Shown: positions 43,203 to 52,935 of the stretch, one piece after another
Layout: the number at the start of each line of letters is the position of its first letter
Numbering within the stretch: the first letter of the stretch is position 1
Source: an uncultured Chitinophaga sp.
GTDB taxonomy: Bacteria > Bacteroidota > Bacteroidia > UBA7662
Direction of reading: 5' to 3'
DNA: 64,000 nt
Assembly (NCBI GenBank): GCA_964577055.1
Contig: CAZNWC010000001.1
Location: 129 to 64,128, forward strand
The notes under the pieces: generated by a model
Databases searched by the model: none
What the model was told of the DNA's origin: nothing
What the model saw: only the letters and a program-made list of their open reading frames with translations
Program-made: the position numbers and the translations under genes

Positions 43203-43557
43203 ACAACAAGCTTAAAGCCGAAGGTTTAGGTAAAACACGGTACAAGGGCTCGTATTTTCTGGCGACAAACTAACGAAAAATAAGTGCTATTGGCTACTAC
43301 TACCCACCATCAAAATTTTTAGCCGTCACACCGCTATTTCGGTGTTCATGCCTGCTTTTGTCCATATGGTGCCTCCTGTTGTACGAGAGATTGCCACAAC
43401 AGGCATTTGCCCAACCAACGATTTGAATAACCACCTTGCGTACCACCTACAAGCTTGCATGGTACACACCAAAAAGATTGATGAATAGAAAAAAGATGTA
43501 ATTATCCTTTTGGGATGAGATAAAATCTTTGCCAAAAATTTTACCGAATTTGGCAGC

Positions 43558-45075
43558 ATGAAACGTATCCTTCTATTGCTCAACGGCCTCTTTTGGTTGG
43601 GACTTAGTCATGCCCAGGTCGATTTGAAAAAGTTAGACGCTTATCTTGAACAAGCGCGCAAAGACTGGAAAACCCCAGGCATGGCCATCGGCATTGTGAA
43701 AGACGGCAAGCTGGTATTTGCCAAAGGTTATGGCGAAAAAGAAGTGGGCAAGGGCGAAAAACCCGATGCGAACACCCTTTTTGCCATTGCATCAAACTCC
43801 AAAGCTTTTACATCCGCTGCTATTGCCCTGTTGGTACAAGAAGGCAAGTTGAAATGGGACACCAAGGTGAAGGACGTCCTCCCTTACTTTGAAGTATACG
43901 ACCCTCTTATCAGTCAGATGGTGACCATACGTGACCTCCTCAGCCACCGTGTGGGCTTAGGCACTTTCAGCGGCGATGTGATGTGGTACCGTTCGGAGCT
44001 TACGGCCGAAGAAATGGTAAAACGCGCCCAATACATCGAAAAAGCCTTTGAATTCCGCGCTGGTTACGGCTATTCCAACGTGATGTACATCACTGCCGGC
44101 GAGGTGATTCGGGTGGTGAGCGGCAAAAGCTGGGGCGAGTTCATCCACGAGCGTTTTTTACAGCCGCTCGGCATGAACCGCAGCGTATACACCTTAACCG
44201 ATATGCGCGCCAAAGGCAATTACGCCACCCCACACAATTACAGCGAAGGCCAAAACCTTCCCATCCCCTGGGTGAGTTGGGAAACCGTGGCTGCCACGGG
44301 CGGCTTGCTCAGCTCGGTGAACGACCTCAGCCAATGGCTCATTTTTAACATGAATCACGGTATTGTGGGCAAGGACACGCTTTTTACCCGCGCATCGCGT
44401 AACCTCATGTGGACCCCGCACAACAATTCGGTGCCCGACCATTTGAATCCCAAAAAAGTCACCAGCTTTTCGGGTTATGGCTTGGGTTGGCAGCTCAGCG
44501 ATTACAAAGGTCACTTCCGCGTGCACCATACCGGCGGCTACGACGGCATGATTTCGGCCATTCAAATGTTCCCCGACCAGAAATTGGGCATCATCCTGCT
44601 CACAAACGGCTTGCGGGCGCCCCTTTCGGCCATTCCCAATTACATCGCCGATGCTTTTTTGACCGGTAAAAACGAGCGCGACTGGTCGAAAGAACAGCTC
44701 GCCTTTACCGAACGCCGCGAAAAAGCCGATACCCGCGTGGCCGACCGCCGTGCGGCACGTGTGCTCAACACCCAGCCGGCGCTGAAAAAAGAAGCCATGG
44801 TAGGTGCCTATGTTTGTCCGTTTTACGGCAAAATCACCATAAGCCCAGCCGGCGAAAACCTGGAAATCAACTTTGAGCATACACCATCTTACAAAGCTAC
44901 CCTCCGCCACTGGCACCACGATGTATGGGAAATGGTGTGGAACGAACCACAAGCCTGGTTCAGCCATGCCACCGTGCAGTTTGTATTCGACAACAACCTC
45001 AAGGTGCAACGCCTGCAATTCGATGTGCCGAACGACGATATTTTCTTTGACGAGCTCAATCCCAAGAAACAATAA
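43558..45075 (+). CDS. Serine hydrolase of the class C beta-lactamase / PBP4*-like family.
   Basis: Signal peptide, S-x-x-K motif (ASNSKAF), ~500 aa. Confidence 0.8.
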   Translation: MKRILLLLNGLFWLGLSHAQVDLKKLDAYLEQARKDWKTPGMAIGIVKDGKLVFAKGYGEKEVGKGEKPDANTLFAIASNSKAFTSAAIALLVQEGKLKWDTKVKDVLPYFEVYDPLISQMVTIRDLLSHRVGLGTFSGDVMWYRSELTAEEMVKRAQYIEKAFEFRAGYGYSNVMYITAGEVIRVVSGKSWGEFIHERFLQPLGMNRSVYTLTDMRAKGNYATPHNYSEGQNLPIPWVSWETVAATGGLLSSVNDLSQWLIFNMNHGIVGKDTLFTRASRNLMWTPHNNSVPDHLNPKKVTSFSGYGLGWQLSDYKGHFRVHHTGGYDGMISAIQMFPDQKLGIILLTNGLRAPLSAIPNYIADAFLTGKNERDWSKEQLAFTERREKADTRVADRRAARVLNTQPALKKEAMVGAYVCPFYGKITISPAGENLEINFEHTPSYKATLRHWHHDVWEMVWNEPQAWFSHATVQFVFDNNLKVQRLQFDVPNDDIFFDELNPKKQ

Positions 45076-45123
45076 GCCGCACCAAGCAGCCTAGGCTGTA
45101 ATTTAGCAAACCAAATTATCCTC

Positions 45124-46635
45124 ATGCCCAAAATCAAAAAACTGCTGGTTGCCAACCGCGGTGAAATTGCCCTCCGGGTGATGCGCACTGCCCGCGAAAT
45201 GGGCATCAGCACCGTTGCCGTTTATTCAGAAGCCGACCGGCTGAGTCCCCATGTGCTGTTTGCCGACGAGGCCTACCTCATTGGTCCGCCCCCCAGCAGC
45301 CAAAGTTACCTGCGTGGCGACTACCTCATTGAGTTGTGCAAGCGCTATGGCGTTGATGCCATCCACCCGGGCTATGGCTTTTTGAGCGAAAATGCCGGCT
45401 TTGCCCGGGCGGTGGAGCAGGCTGGACTCATTTTGGTGGGACCATCGGCCCTTAGCATGGACCTGATGGGCAATAAACTTTCGGCCAAGCATGCCGTGCA
45501 AGACTTCAATATTCCTATGGTTCCTGGTACGCCGGGCGCCATCAGCGATGTGCAGGAAGCGGCTAAAATTGCCCGTGAAATCGGCTTTCCGGTGCTGCTC
45601 AAAGCGGCTGCCGGTGGCGGTGGCAAGGGCATGCGCGTGGTGAATGCTTTCGAAGAGTTTGAAGAACAATTGCGCCTGGCACAAAGCGAGGCCCGCTCGG
45701 CTTTTGGCGACGATGCCGTTTTTATAGAAAAATACATTGGCTCGCCCCGCCACATCGAAATACAGATCATGGGCGACCAGCATGGCAATGTGGTTTATCT
45801 GTTCGAACGAGAATGCAGCATTCAGCGCCGCCACCAAAAGTTGGTGGAAGAAGCGCCATCGAGCTGCCTTACTCCTGAAATCCGCCAGGCAATGGGCGAA
45901 GCGGCCGTGCGCGTGGCCAAGGCCTGTGGCTATTATGGTGCTGGTACGGTGGAGTTTTTGGTGGATGAACAGCTGAACTTCTACTTCCTCGAGATGAACA
46001 CCCGCCTGCAGGTGGAGCACCCGGTAACCGAACTCATCACCGGCTTGGACTTGGTGCGCTTGCAGATTTTGGTGGCCGAGGGTGAAAAATTACCCTTCAA
46101 ACAGGAAGATTTGCGCATCCACGGTCATGCCATCGAATTGCGGGTGTGTGCCGAAGATCCGCGCAACAACTTCCTGCCCGACATTGGCAAATTGGAGCGA
46201 TATATCCGTCCCCAAGGCACAGGCGTGCGGGTGGATGACGGCTACGAGCAAGGCATGGACATCCCCATCCACTATGACCCCATGATTGCCAAGTTGGTGG
46301 TGCATGCCGAAACCCGTGAGTTGGCCATGGACCGCATGTTGCGCGCTATTGCCGAGTACGACATCCGCGGTTTTGCCACTACCCTGCCATTTGGTGCCTT
46401 TGTGATGCAGCACGAGGCTTTCCGTACCGGACATTTTGATACCAAGTTCATTGAAAAATACTTCAAACCCGAAATGCTCGACAGCCAACACGACGAACTG
46501 GCCGAAGTAGCCGCTTTGGCCACGGTGTTGTTCGCGAACATGGCTCCCAAAAAAGCTGGAGCGACGGCCGTTTCAACCGGTGGCAGCACCGATACCGGTG
46601 GCATGAATGCCTGGCGGATGCGGCGCGGGTTTTAG
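45124..46635 (+). CDS. accC: Biotin carboxylase (acetyl-CoA carboxylase subunit).
   Basis: ATP-grasp biotin carboxylase motifs (MPKIKKLLVANRGEIALRV.., ..EMNTRLQVEHPVTE..). Confidence 0.85.
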   Translation: MPKIKKLLVANRGEIALRVMRTAREMGISTVAVYSEADRLSPHVLFADEAYLIGPPPSSQSYLRGDYLIELCKRYGVDAIHPGYGFLSENAGFARAVEQAGLILVGPSALSMDLMGNKLSAKHAVQDFNIPMVPGTPGAISDVQEAAKIAREIGFPVLLKAAAGGGGKGMRVVNAFEEFEEQLRLAQSEARSAFGDDAVFIEKYIGSPRHIEIQIMGDQHGNVVYLFERECSIQRRHQKLVEEAPSSCLTPEIRQAMGEAAVRVAKACGYYGAGTVEFLVDEQLNFYFLEMNTRLQVEHPVTELITGLDLVRLQILVAEGEKLPFKQEDLRIHGHAIELRVCAEDPRNNFLPDIGKLERYIRPQGTGVRVDDGYEQGMDIPIHYDPMIAKLVVHAETRELAMDRMLRAIAEYDIRGFATTLPFGAFVMQHEAFRTGHFDTKFIEKYFKPEMLDSQHDELAEVAALATVLFANMAPKKAGATAVSTGGSTDTGGMNAWRMRRGF

Positions 46636-46889
46636 GACTGAACCAAGGCTTCACCAACCAAAAACGCTGGCTTTTTAACCGCAGAGGCGCAGAGGTTTTA
46701 TAGCTGACCAAAGGCTGATGCCGTATTTGCAGCATTTTAAGCTCGAAAAGGCTTTTTGGAGGTGCAGGCACCAGCTGTACGCAAACCGCGAGGAAGCGGA
46801 GCCAGTTGCTGCCATTGCTGCACACTGTCAGCTGAGGACGCAGAGATAAGCCTACGGCTCTTGTTGTACCGATATTGAATAAAAGATAA

Positions 46890-49055
46890 TTGAAAAGAAC
46901 GATGAAAAAGACTTTCCTTACCCTGTTTTTCGGCCTCAGCAGCCTGGTGGCGCTGGCCGGTCCCCCCGACGAGGGCATGTTCCCCATGAGTGAGCTCAAG
47001 CGCTTGAACCTGCAGGCCAAAGGCATGCAACTCACGCCTGAGCAATTGTTCAGCACCGAAGGTGTTAGCCTGGTGCAGGCCTTGGTGCGGGTGGGTGGCT
47101 GTACTGGATCGTTTGTATCACCCGAGGGCCTCATCATCACCAACCACCACTGTGCTTTTGGCGCTGTTGCAGCGGCCAGTTCGGTAGAGAACGACTACAT
47201 CAGCAAAGGCTTTTTGGCCAAGACGCGTGAGTTGGAGATTCCTGCGGCCGGACTCACCGTGCGCATCACCACCAGCTACGAAGATGTTTCGGCCGAGGTG
47301 TTGGCAACGGTGAAAGACATCCAGGAGCCGGCAGCCCGCTTGGCAGGCATTCGGCAGGCCATGCGCAGCATCGAAGCCAGGGCCAAAAAAGCACAACCCA
47401 ACCTGGCCCACGAGGTTTCGGAAATGTTCACCGGCCGGTCATATGTACTTTTCCACTACCAAACCATTCAAGACATCCGCATGGTGTATGTGCCGCCGCG
47501 CAACATCGGTGAATTTGGTGGTGAAAGCGACAACTGGGTATGGCCCCGCCACAACGGCGACTTCGCTTTTGTGCGTGCCTATGTGGCACCGGATGGCAGT
47601 GGTGCCGCTTACAGCAAAGACAATGTGCCCTTTAAGCCCGCCAACCACCTCAAGGTAAATCCCAATGGCGTGCAGGAAGACGATTTTGTGTTCATCATGG
47701 GCTATCCCGGTCGTACTTTTCGTCACTACCCGGCCGCTTACCTCGAGTACCAGCGCGATTACCTGCTGCCTTACACCAGCCAAACCTTCGATTGGTTAAT
47801 CGATTACATGAAAAATTTAGGCAAGGCCGACCAAGCCAAGGAAATTGCCCTCGCCTCGCGTGCCAAAGGACTGGCCAACGTGACCAAAAACTACAAGGGC
47901 AAAATACAAGGCATGCGCCGCATCAGTTTGGTGGAGCAAAAACGCACCGAAGAAAAAGCCATGATGAACTGGGTTGCTGCAAACGGTGAAAGGCATCAGC
48001 GTTTTGGCAAGGTGTTGCCCACCCTCGACAGTTTGTACGGCGAAATGAAAGCCGATGCCACCCAAAACCTCTGGTTGAATTACCTGCTGCGCAACTCAGC
48101 AGCCATGCGCATTGGGGTGCTCACTGCCGATGCCCGATTGGCCATAGAAATGGCGCCTGCCGACAAAAAAGACTCGGTGCAAACCGAAATCCTCAAGCGC
48201 CTGCGAACCGGCATTGAGCGTGCTTATGGCGATTACGATGCCAGCTTAGACCACGACTTCATGGCCAAGATGCTGCTACAAGCCAACGGCTGGCCTGCCG
48301 ACAAACAATTGGCCAGCCTCAAAAAAATCGTGGGTAAAAAAGCCGCCGAAGTACAAATCGATCGCTTTTTGAACCAGCTTTTCAGCAAAACGTTGCTTTT
48401 CGACCAAAAAGCCTTGTTGGCTGCTTTTGATAAAAATCCCGCCAAATTCCTCAAGCAAAAAGGCGATTTCTGGCTGTTGAGCACCGAGCTGCAGCAGTTG
48501 CAGTCGCACTTGAGCCTGCGCGACCAAAAAATCAACGGGGCACTTTCGCAGTGGTTACCCGAATTTTTAGAGATGAAGCTTGCCATGCAGCCTGGTGATT
48601 TTGTGCCCGATGCCAACAGCACCCTGCGCCTCACCTTTGGCAATGTGCGAGGCTATGAGCCCGAAGATGGGGTGTATCAAGCGCCTTTCACCACGGTAGG
48701 CGGACTGGTTGCCAAAGGCGAAAAAAGCGGTGATTACGAAATCAACCAAGAGCTGGTAGCTGCTTACGAAGCAAGCAACATCGAAAAATACATGAAACCC
48801 AGCCTCAAGGATGTGCCCGTGGGACTGCTCTACAACATGGACACCACTGGCGGCAATTCGGGTTCACCCGTGATGAATGCCAAAGGCGAACTCATTGGGG
48901 TGAATTTCGACCGGGCCTATACCGCTACCATCAACGATTTTGCCTGGAACGAGGCCTACAGCCGGTCGATTGGTGTCGACATCCGTTTTGTATTGTTTGT
49001 GGTAGACAAGGTAGCCAAAGCCGATTTTCTGTTGAAGGAAATGAAGGTGCAGTAA
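46890..49055 (+). CDS. S46-family dipeptidyl-peptidase (DPP7/DPP11-like).
   Basis: Signal peptide, GGCTGSFVSPEGLIITNHHC S46 signature. ~720 aa. Confidence 0.85.
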   Translation: MKRTMKKTFLTLFFGLSSLVALAGPPDEGMFPMSELKRLNLQAKGMQLTPEQLFSTEGVSLVQALVRVGGCTGSFVSPEGLIITNHHCAFGAVAAASSVENDYISKGFLAKTRELEIPAAGLTVRITTSYEDVSAEVLATVKDIQEPAARLAGIRQAMRSIEARAKKAQPNLAHEVSEMFTGRSYVLFHYQTIQDIRMVYVPPRNIGEFGGESDNWVWPRHNGDFAFVRAYVAPDGSGAAYSKDNVPFKPANHLKVNPNGVQEDDFVFIMGYPGRTFRHYPAAYLEYQRDYLLPYTSQTFDWLIDYMKNLGKADQAKEIALASRAKGLANVTKNYKGKIQGMRRISLVEQKRTEEKAMMNWVAANGERHQRFGKVLPTLDSLYGEMKADATQNLWLNYLLRNSAAMRIGVLTADARLAIEMAPADKKDSVQTEILKRLRTGIERAYGDYDASLDHDFMAKMLLQANGWPADKQLASLKKIVGKKAAEVQIDRFLNQLFSKTLLFDQKALLAAFDKNPAKFLKQKGDFWLLSTELQQLQSHLSLRDQKINGALSQWLPEFLEMKLAMQPGDFVPDANSTLRLTFGNVRGYEPEDGVYQAPFTTVGGLVAKGEKSGDYEINQELVAAYEASNIEKYMKPSLKDVPVGLLYNMDTTGGNSGSPVMNAKGELIGVNFDRAYTATINDFAWNEAYSRSIGVDIRFVLFVVDKVAKADFLLKEMKVQ

Positions 49056-49104
49056 GAAGCAGCATTGATGCAAAAAGCCCATGCAAGTTGCTTGCATGGG
49101 CTTT

Positions 49105-49133
49105 TTTTGTGGTTGGGGTCGGTAGCTGTCGCT
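49105..49133. terminator. Bidirectional terminator hairpin between the S46 peptidase and plsC.
   Basis: cccatgcaag-ttg-cttgcatggg flanked by A and T runs. Confidence 0.6.
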
Positions 49134-49197
49134 CCGATGGAGCTAGACGGATGCCGCTATAGACGAACCGGAATCAATTCGAATCCCGAATAGCAAA

Positions 49198-49935
49198 TTA
49201 CGAATTCATATGCGCCGCAATGGCCGCCTCCACCCTCCTCGTCACCTCTTCCCCATCCAAACCTGTGCAAGGAATGGGCTCAAGCATGGTCCAACGCAGG
49301 GGCACGCCGAAAGGAATGGGCCAAAACTTGTATTTCACCAGTTTCCATGAATTTTCGATGGCAATGGGGACCACAACTGCATCGGGCAGGTGTTGCAAAA
49401 TGGTTTTGATCCCTCCCGCTTGAAAAACCTTGAGTTGTCCATCGCGTGAGCGGGTGCCTTCTGGAAAAATGCAAATCGATTCTCCCGTAAGCACGCAACG
49501 CTTCGCCAAATCGGCAATGGCTTCACGTGCTTGTGCTGGATCTTTGCGGTCAATACCCACTGCTCCCCCACAATGGTAATTGTATGAAATGCCAGGAACA
49601 CCCCTGCTGAGTTCTTTTTTTGCGATAAAAACAGGCGCAAAATCCCGCAAAAACCAAATCATCGCCGGAATATCGTTCATGCTTTGGTGGTTGGCTGCAA
49701 AAATGTAGGACGCTCCACCTGGCAATTCGCCTTTACGCAGTTCAAAATGAATGCTTCCGCCCACCCAATGGATGCAGCGCATGAGGCCCCAATTCATCAG
49801 ATACACTACCTGTTGCTGCGCTTTGTATCCCAAAAGATTAAAAGCCAGCCATTGAATTGGCGTGAAAACCACCAAGGTCAAACCGAAAAAAAGCAGATAC
49901 AAGGGGGTGAAAATGTAACCCAACAATTTATTCAT
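49198..49935 (-). CDS. plsC: 1-acyl-sn-glycerol-3-phosphate acyltransferase.
   Basis: HxxxxD acyltransferase motif (NHQSMNDI). FPEGTRS motif. Confidence 0.8.
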   Translation of the reverse strand: MNKLLGYIFTPLYLLFFGLTLVVFTPIQWLAFNLLGYKAQQQVVYLMNWGLMRCIHWVGGSIHFELRKGELPGGASYIFAANHQSMNDIPAMIWFLRDFAPVFIAKKELSRGVPGISYNYHCGGAVGIDRKDPAQAREAIADLAKRCVLTGESICIFPEGTRSRDGQLKVFQAGGIKTILQHLPDAVVVPIAIENSWKLVKYKFWPIPFGVPLRWTMLEPIPCTGLDGEEVTRRVEAAIAAHMNS

Positions 49936-50097
49936 GGCGTAAAAATAGCCGTTGAATCTATTGATTGGTGTTGATGCTCCGCAAGTACCCCTGGTATAGC
50001 CACTATGGGTCGCACTTCGCGCCCCCGACAGGCAATGTCATTAAATTAAGCCCGCACCGGCCCATATTCAACCTTTACTAACAGCATTTCGATGGTA

Positions 50098-50302
50098 CGA
50101 CCCCCTCGGGGTCGATTTGATCTCATTTGCATGATGTTTCTATAAACATGGCACCCCCTCGGGGTGCTTTGATTTTGCAAATACACAGGTCACAGCCTGA
50201 AGAAAAAAACAAACAAATCACTGCAACTTCATTGACCCCTATGGGGTCATACATTTATAGAAAACCACGCACCAACCATTGAATACGACCCTGAAGGGGT
50301 CG
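50098..50302. repeat. Cluster of four short GC-rich hairpins with a GACCCC/GGGGTC stem.
   Basis: cgacccc-ctc-ggggtcg (50098-50114), gcacccc-ctc-ggggtgc (50151-50167), tgacccc-tat-ggggtca (50233-50249), cgaccc-tgaag-gggtcg (50286-50302). AT-rich spacers of 36, 65 and 36 nt. Confidence 0.8.
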
Positions 50303-50568
50303 CACCACACGAATCATTGATTTGACCGCCATTTGGTTTTACATTACCCTGAACTTAATGAAGTTGCCCAACAGGATGCTAAAATAGGGGGTAGTGCATC
50401 TTTGCTACCCAGCTTTGGCACACACGGGGCCGCTTTGCGCTCGATTTCATGAGCAGGTGCGCTGCTAACTATTTATCCAGATTCGGCCCTAGAGCACCGC
50501 TTTTGCAATCGTCTACGTTAGCAGCCGCACTGCTGCCCCTCTTGAACTTTGAACCTTGAACCTTGAAC

Positions 50569-51780
50569 TTACGGTTGGGCGTACCCCGGCCCCAAATACG
50601 CAAAAGCTGGCATCAACTCGCCCTCACGGCAGATGGTAGCACGTGTGATCATGGTATGATCGTCGGCGGTGAGCAGCAAATGCATCACATGCTTCATCAG
50701 GTTATAACTGAACTCCCGCGAAGCATCGAGCGGAATTTCGCAAGGCAGGTTATCTACCGCCATCACGTCGATGGAGCCCGGTGCAAAGGGCAAGGTTTCT
50801 TTTTCGGTGAGCGGATCGTAGCCGTATACCGGATCGGCTATTGTACTGGCACGCAAGGTGCTAGGAATGCTGCCATCGATGTCGCAGGTTACATCGGCGA
50901 TGGTTTTGATGCGAAAATCGGGCGCACGCATATCGGCCTTTGTGAAAAAGACAGGCGCTTTCGGATCCCAATAAATGGTATTGATAAACAAATCGGCCAC
51001 CCGGGTGTAAGGTGCAAAAGTGCTTTCATATTCGTTGGGATAGGCATGAAAATGGGTGCCGTCCCAAGCGCGACCATCGCGGTGGCAGTACATGTCTTTG
51101 GAGCGCAAATCGGTATACACCGGTTCGCCAAAAGCTTCTGTTAAAAACTCCTCCTTCTCCACCCTGCGAATGCCTGCCATGTTGAGCATTTCGATGGCAC
51201 CTGCACCCACCCGTCCCGTACCAGCCACCACAATCTTCATGGCGGGCAGTTCTATACCGGTGTAACTCGCCCGCATTTCGGCATAATCGCGGAAGCTGTG
51301 TGCAGGTTTGAGCTGGAAGCTGCCCGTGCGTTTGCCGTAGGTGAGCAACCCGTTGTGTGTACCCACCACGCCTGCAAAATGCCCGAAAGCCACCGCACGT
51401 TTGCCATTTTCGAAGGTAATGAGCTCGTAGTCGATCATGCGGATGCGGCGGCGTAGCATCTCTTGCAGCAATTTGCGGTTGTAAGGTTGCCGCTTGATGG
51501 TGTGTGAGAAAAAAAGATAGGTTTTATCGGGCAACAAAAGGGCCGTGGGTACCTCTTTCACCCCCATCAAAATGTCGCAATGGCTCACATCTTCTGCAAT
51601 GATGCATCCTGCCCGTTGGTAATCCGATTCAGGGAAACAACGGATGGCCGAGGGCTGGACGTAAATTTCCAAAAAACCATACTGTTGCAGCAATTCCTGA
51701 CAATGTTCGGGGATGAGTGGCACGCGGTGATCGGGCGGAACTTTGCCTTCGCGGAGGATGCCCAGGCGGATGTTTTGCAT
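50569..51780 (-). CDS. Alanine dehydrogenase/PNT-family NAD(P)-dependent dehydrogenase (saccharopine-dehydrogenase/AlaDH-like).
   Basis: AlaDh_PNT N- and C-terminal domains. Glycine-rich NAD loop VAGTGRVGAGA. Confidence 0.65.
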   Translation of the reverse strand: MQNIRLGILREGKVPPDHRVPLIPEHCQELLQQYGFLEIYVQPSAIRCFPESDYQRAGCIIAEDVSHCDILMGVKEVPTALLLPDKTYLFFSHTIKRQPYNRKLLQEMLRRRIRMIDYELITFENGKRAVAFGHFAGVVGTHNGLLTYGKRTGSFQLKPAHSFRDYAEMRASYTGIELPAMKIVVAGTGRVGAGAIEMLNMAGIRRVEKEEFLTEAFGEPVYTDLRSKDMYCHRDGRAWDGTHFHAYPNEYESTFAPYTRVADLFINTIYWDPKAPVFFTKADMRAPDFRIKTIADVTCDIDGSIPSTLRASTIADPVYGYDPLTEKETLPFAPGSIDVMAVDNLPCEIPLDASREFSYNLMKHVMHLLLTADDHTMITRATICREGELMPAFAYLGPGYAQP

Positions 51781-51828
51781 GCCGCGAAGATAGGGAAATT
51801 AGACGACTGCTTACGGACGACAGGAAGG

Positions 51829-52008
51829 GAAACGCGACGAGGAACGCTACGAACGCAATGGGGGATTTGGGATTTGGGATTTGGGATTCCTCTGGCGGAC
51901 AAGAAAACGCGACGACGAACGCTATGAGCGCAGCGTAAACCCATTTTGAATCTTGAATTATCATGGTTGAGCGCAGCGAAAACCCCTTTTGAACTTTGAA
52001 CTTTGAAC
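51829..52008. repeat. Intergenic tandem and direct repeats between the tmRNA terminator and the dehydrogenase start.
   Basis: ~26-nt direct repeat acgcgacgaGgaacgctaCgaAcgca / acgcgacgaCgaacgctaTgaGcgca. (GGGATTT)x4 at 51861-51888. gagcgcagcgNaaaccc x2. (TTGAACTT)x2.5 at 51989-52008. Confidence 0.85.
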
Positions 52009-52034
52009 TAAAAACCCCGCTTTCGCGGGGTTTT
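52009..52034 (-). terminator. tmRNA terminator (symmetric hairpin, potentially bidirectional).
   Basis: aaaa-ccccgc-tttc-gcgggg-tttt, directly 3' of the tmRNA end. Confidence 0.7.
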
Positions 52035-52035
52035 G

Positions 52036-52402
52036 TGGAGCTGCAGGGAGTCGAACCCTGGTCCAGACAAGCGGATCTGAAGCTTTCTACATGCTTAGCC
52101 TACCGTTGGTTGTCGGGAAACTGCAGGTCGGCGGCTTACCAACAATTTCCGTAGTTGCTGTTTGTTTCAACTTTGGCCCGCAACAAGCCGCTGTCTATTT
52201 TCTTATCGGTTATGCCTCCATATGCACCAACTAAGAAACCCATCGGTACGGAGACAACTCAAGCGTAATTCCTAGAATTACGCAGCGAGTGCGTAGTTGT
52301 TTTCGCCAGTTATGGCTCGAGCGTTCCGATTTACGAGGTCACGCACAAAACTCGGCATGCTTACCTGAGTCTCCATTCAAGCTGTCGATTCCGGTCAGCC
52401 CC
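52036..52402 (-). ncRNA. ssrA: tmRNA (SsrA), tag peptide GENNYALAA.
   Basis: 5' GGGGCUG and 3' CAGCUCCA form a tRNA-Ala-like acceptor stem with a G3:U pair. The T-arm is GGTTCGACTCCC. The internal reading frame is GGC GAA AAC AAC TAC GCA CTC GCT GCG TAA. Confidence 0.9.
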
Positions 52403-52469
52403 ATTTTATTGGGAATGCAAAGATAAGCATTTGAAGCAGATAATGGTTCCCGGCACCAAGATCAGCCTT

Positions 52470-52500
52470 GTTCAAAGTTCAAGGTTCAAAGTTCAATTTG
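52470..52500. repeat. Inverted copy of the (TTGAACYT)3 repeat, upstream of tmRNA.
   Basis: ttgttcaaagttcaaggttcaaagttcaa is the reverse complement of ttgaactttgaaccttgaactttgaacaa. The same motif occurs at 50531-50560 and 51989-52008. Confidence 0.85.
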
Positions 52501-52935
52501 GAGCACGGCGAAATACCGAAAAGCAGGGGTTCAACATTCGATAGGTGTAACTTTAGACAAAATCAAAGCTGCCCTATCGGGGCCTAAACTGGGTAGCTCC
52601 ACCAAGCTTCCTACCTCGATGCCTGAAACCAAGTCCTGGTTTATGGATGAAGAAAAGACCGCCTCCACCCTTGCACCTTGCTCCCAGATCGCCTCGTCGC
52701 TCATCCCTCCGCCTCCCTCCCTGCCCCGTGCCCTATGCTCCTTGCCCTTTAGGGTAGAAAACTTTCTCGTTTTCAGCATTTTATTTCAAATATTGCAGGC
52801 TTTCATGGCCTTGTGAAAAGGCTCTCTTAATTTGGTGCCATGTCTCATATCTAGACAAAAGTTTAATACATAGATAATGATTGCTTGTTTTTGTGTTGCT
52901 TTTGTTCGGGGAGATTTGTGCTAAAATTTTTAAAC

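Noticed and set aside
50098-50302. Possible CRISPR array (repeats with spacers).
   Set aside because: The repeats are only ~17 nt and are self-complementary. They are not identical to each other, and the spacers are of unequal length (36, 65 and 36 nt). There are no cas genes, so this is not CRISPR.
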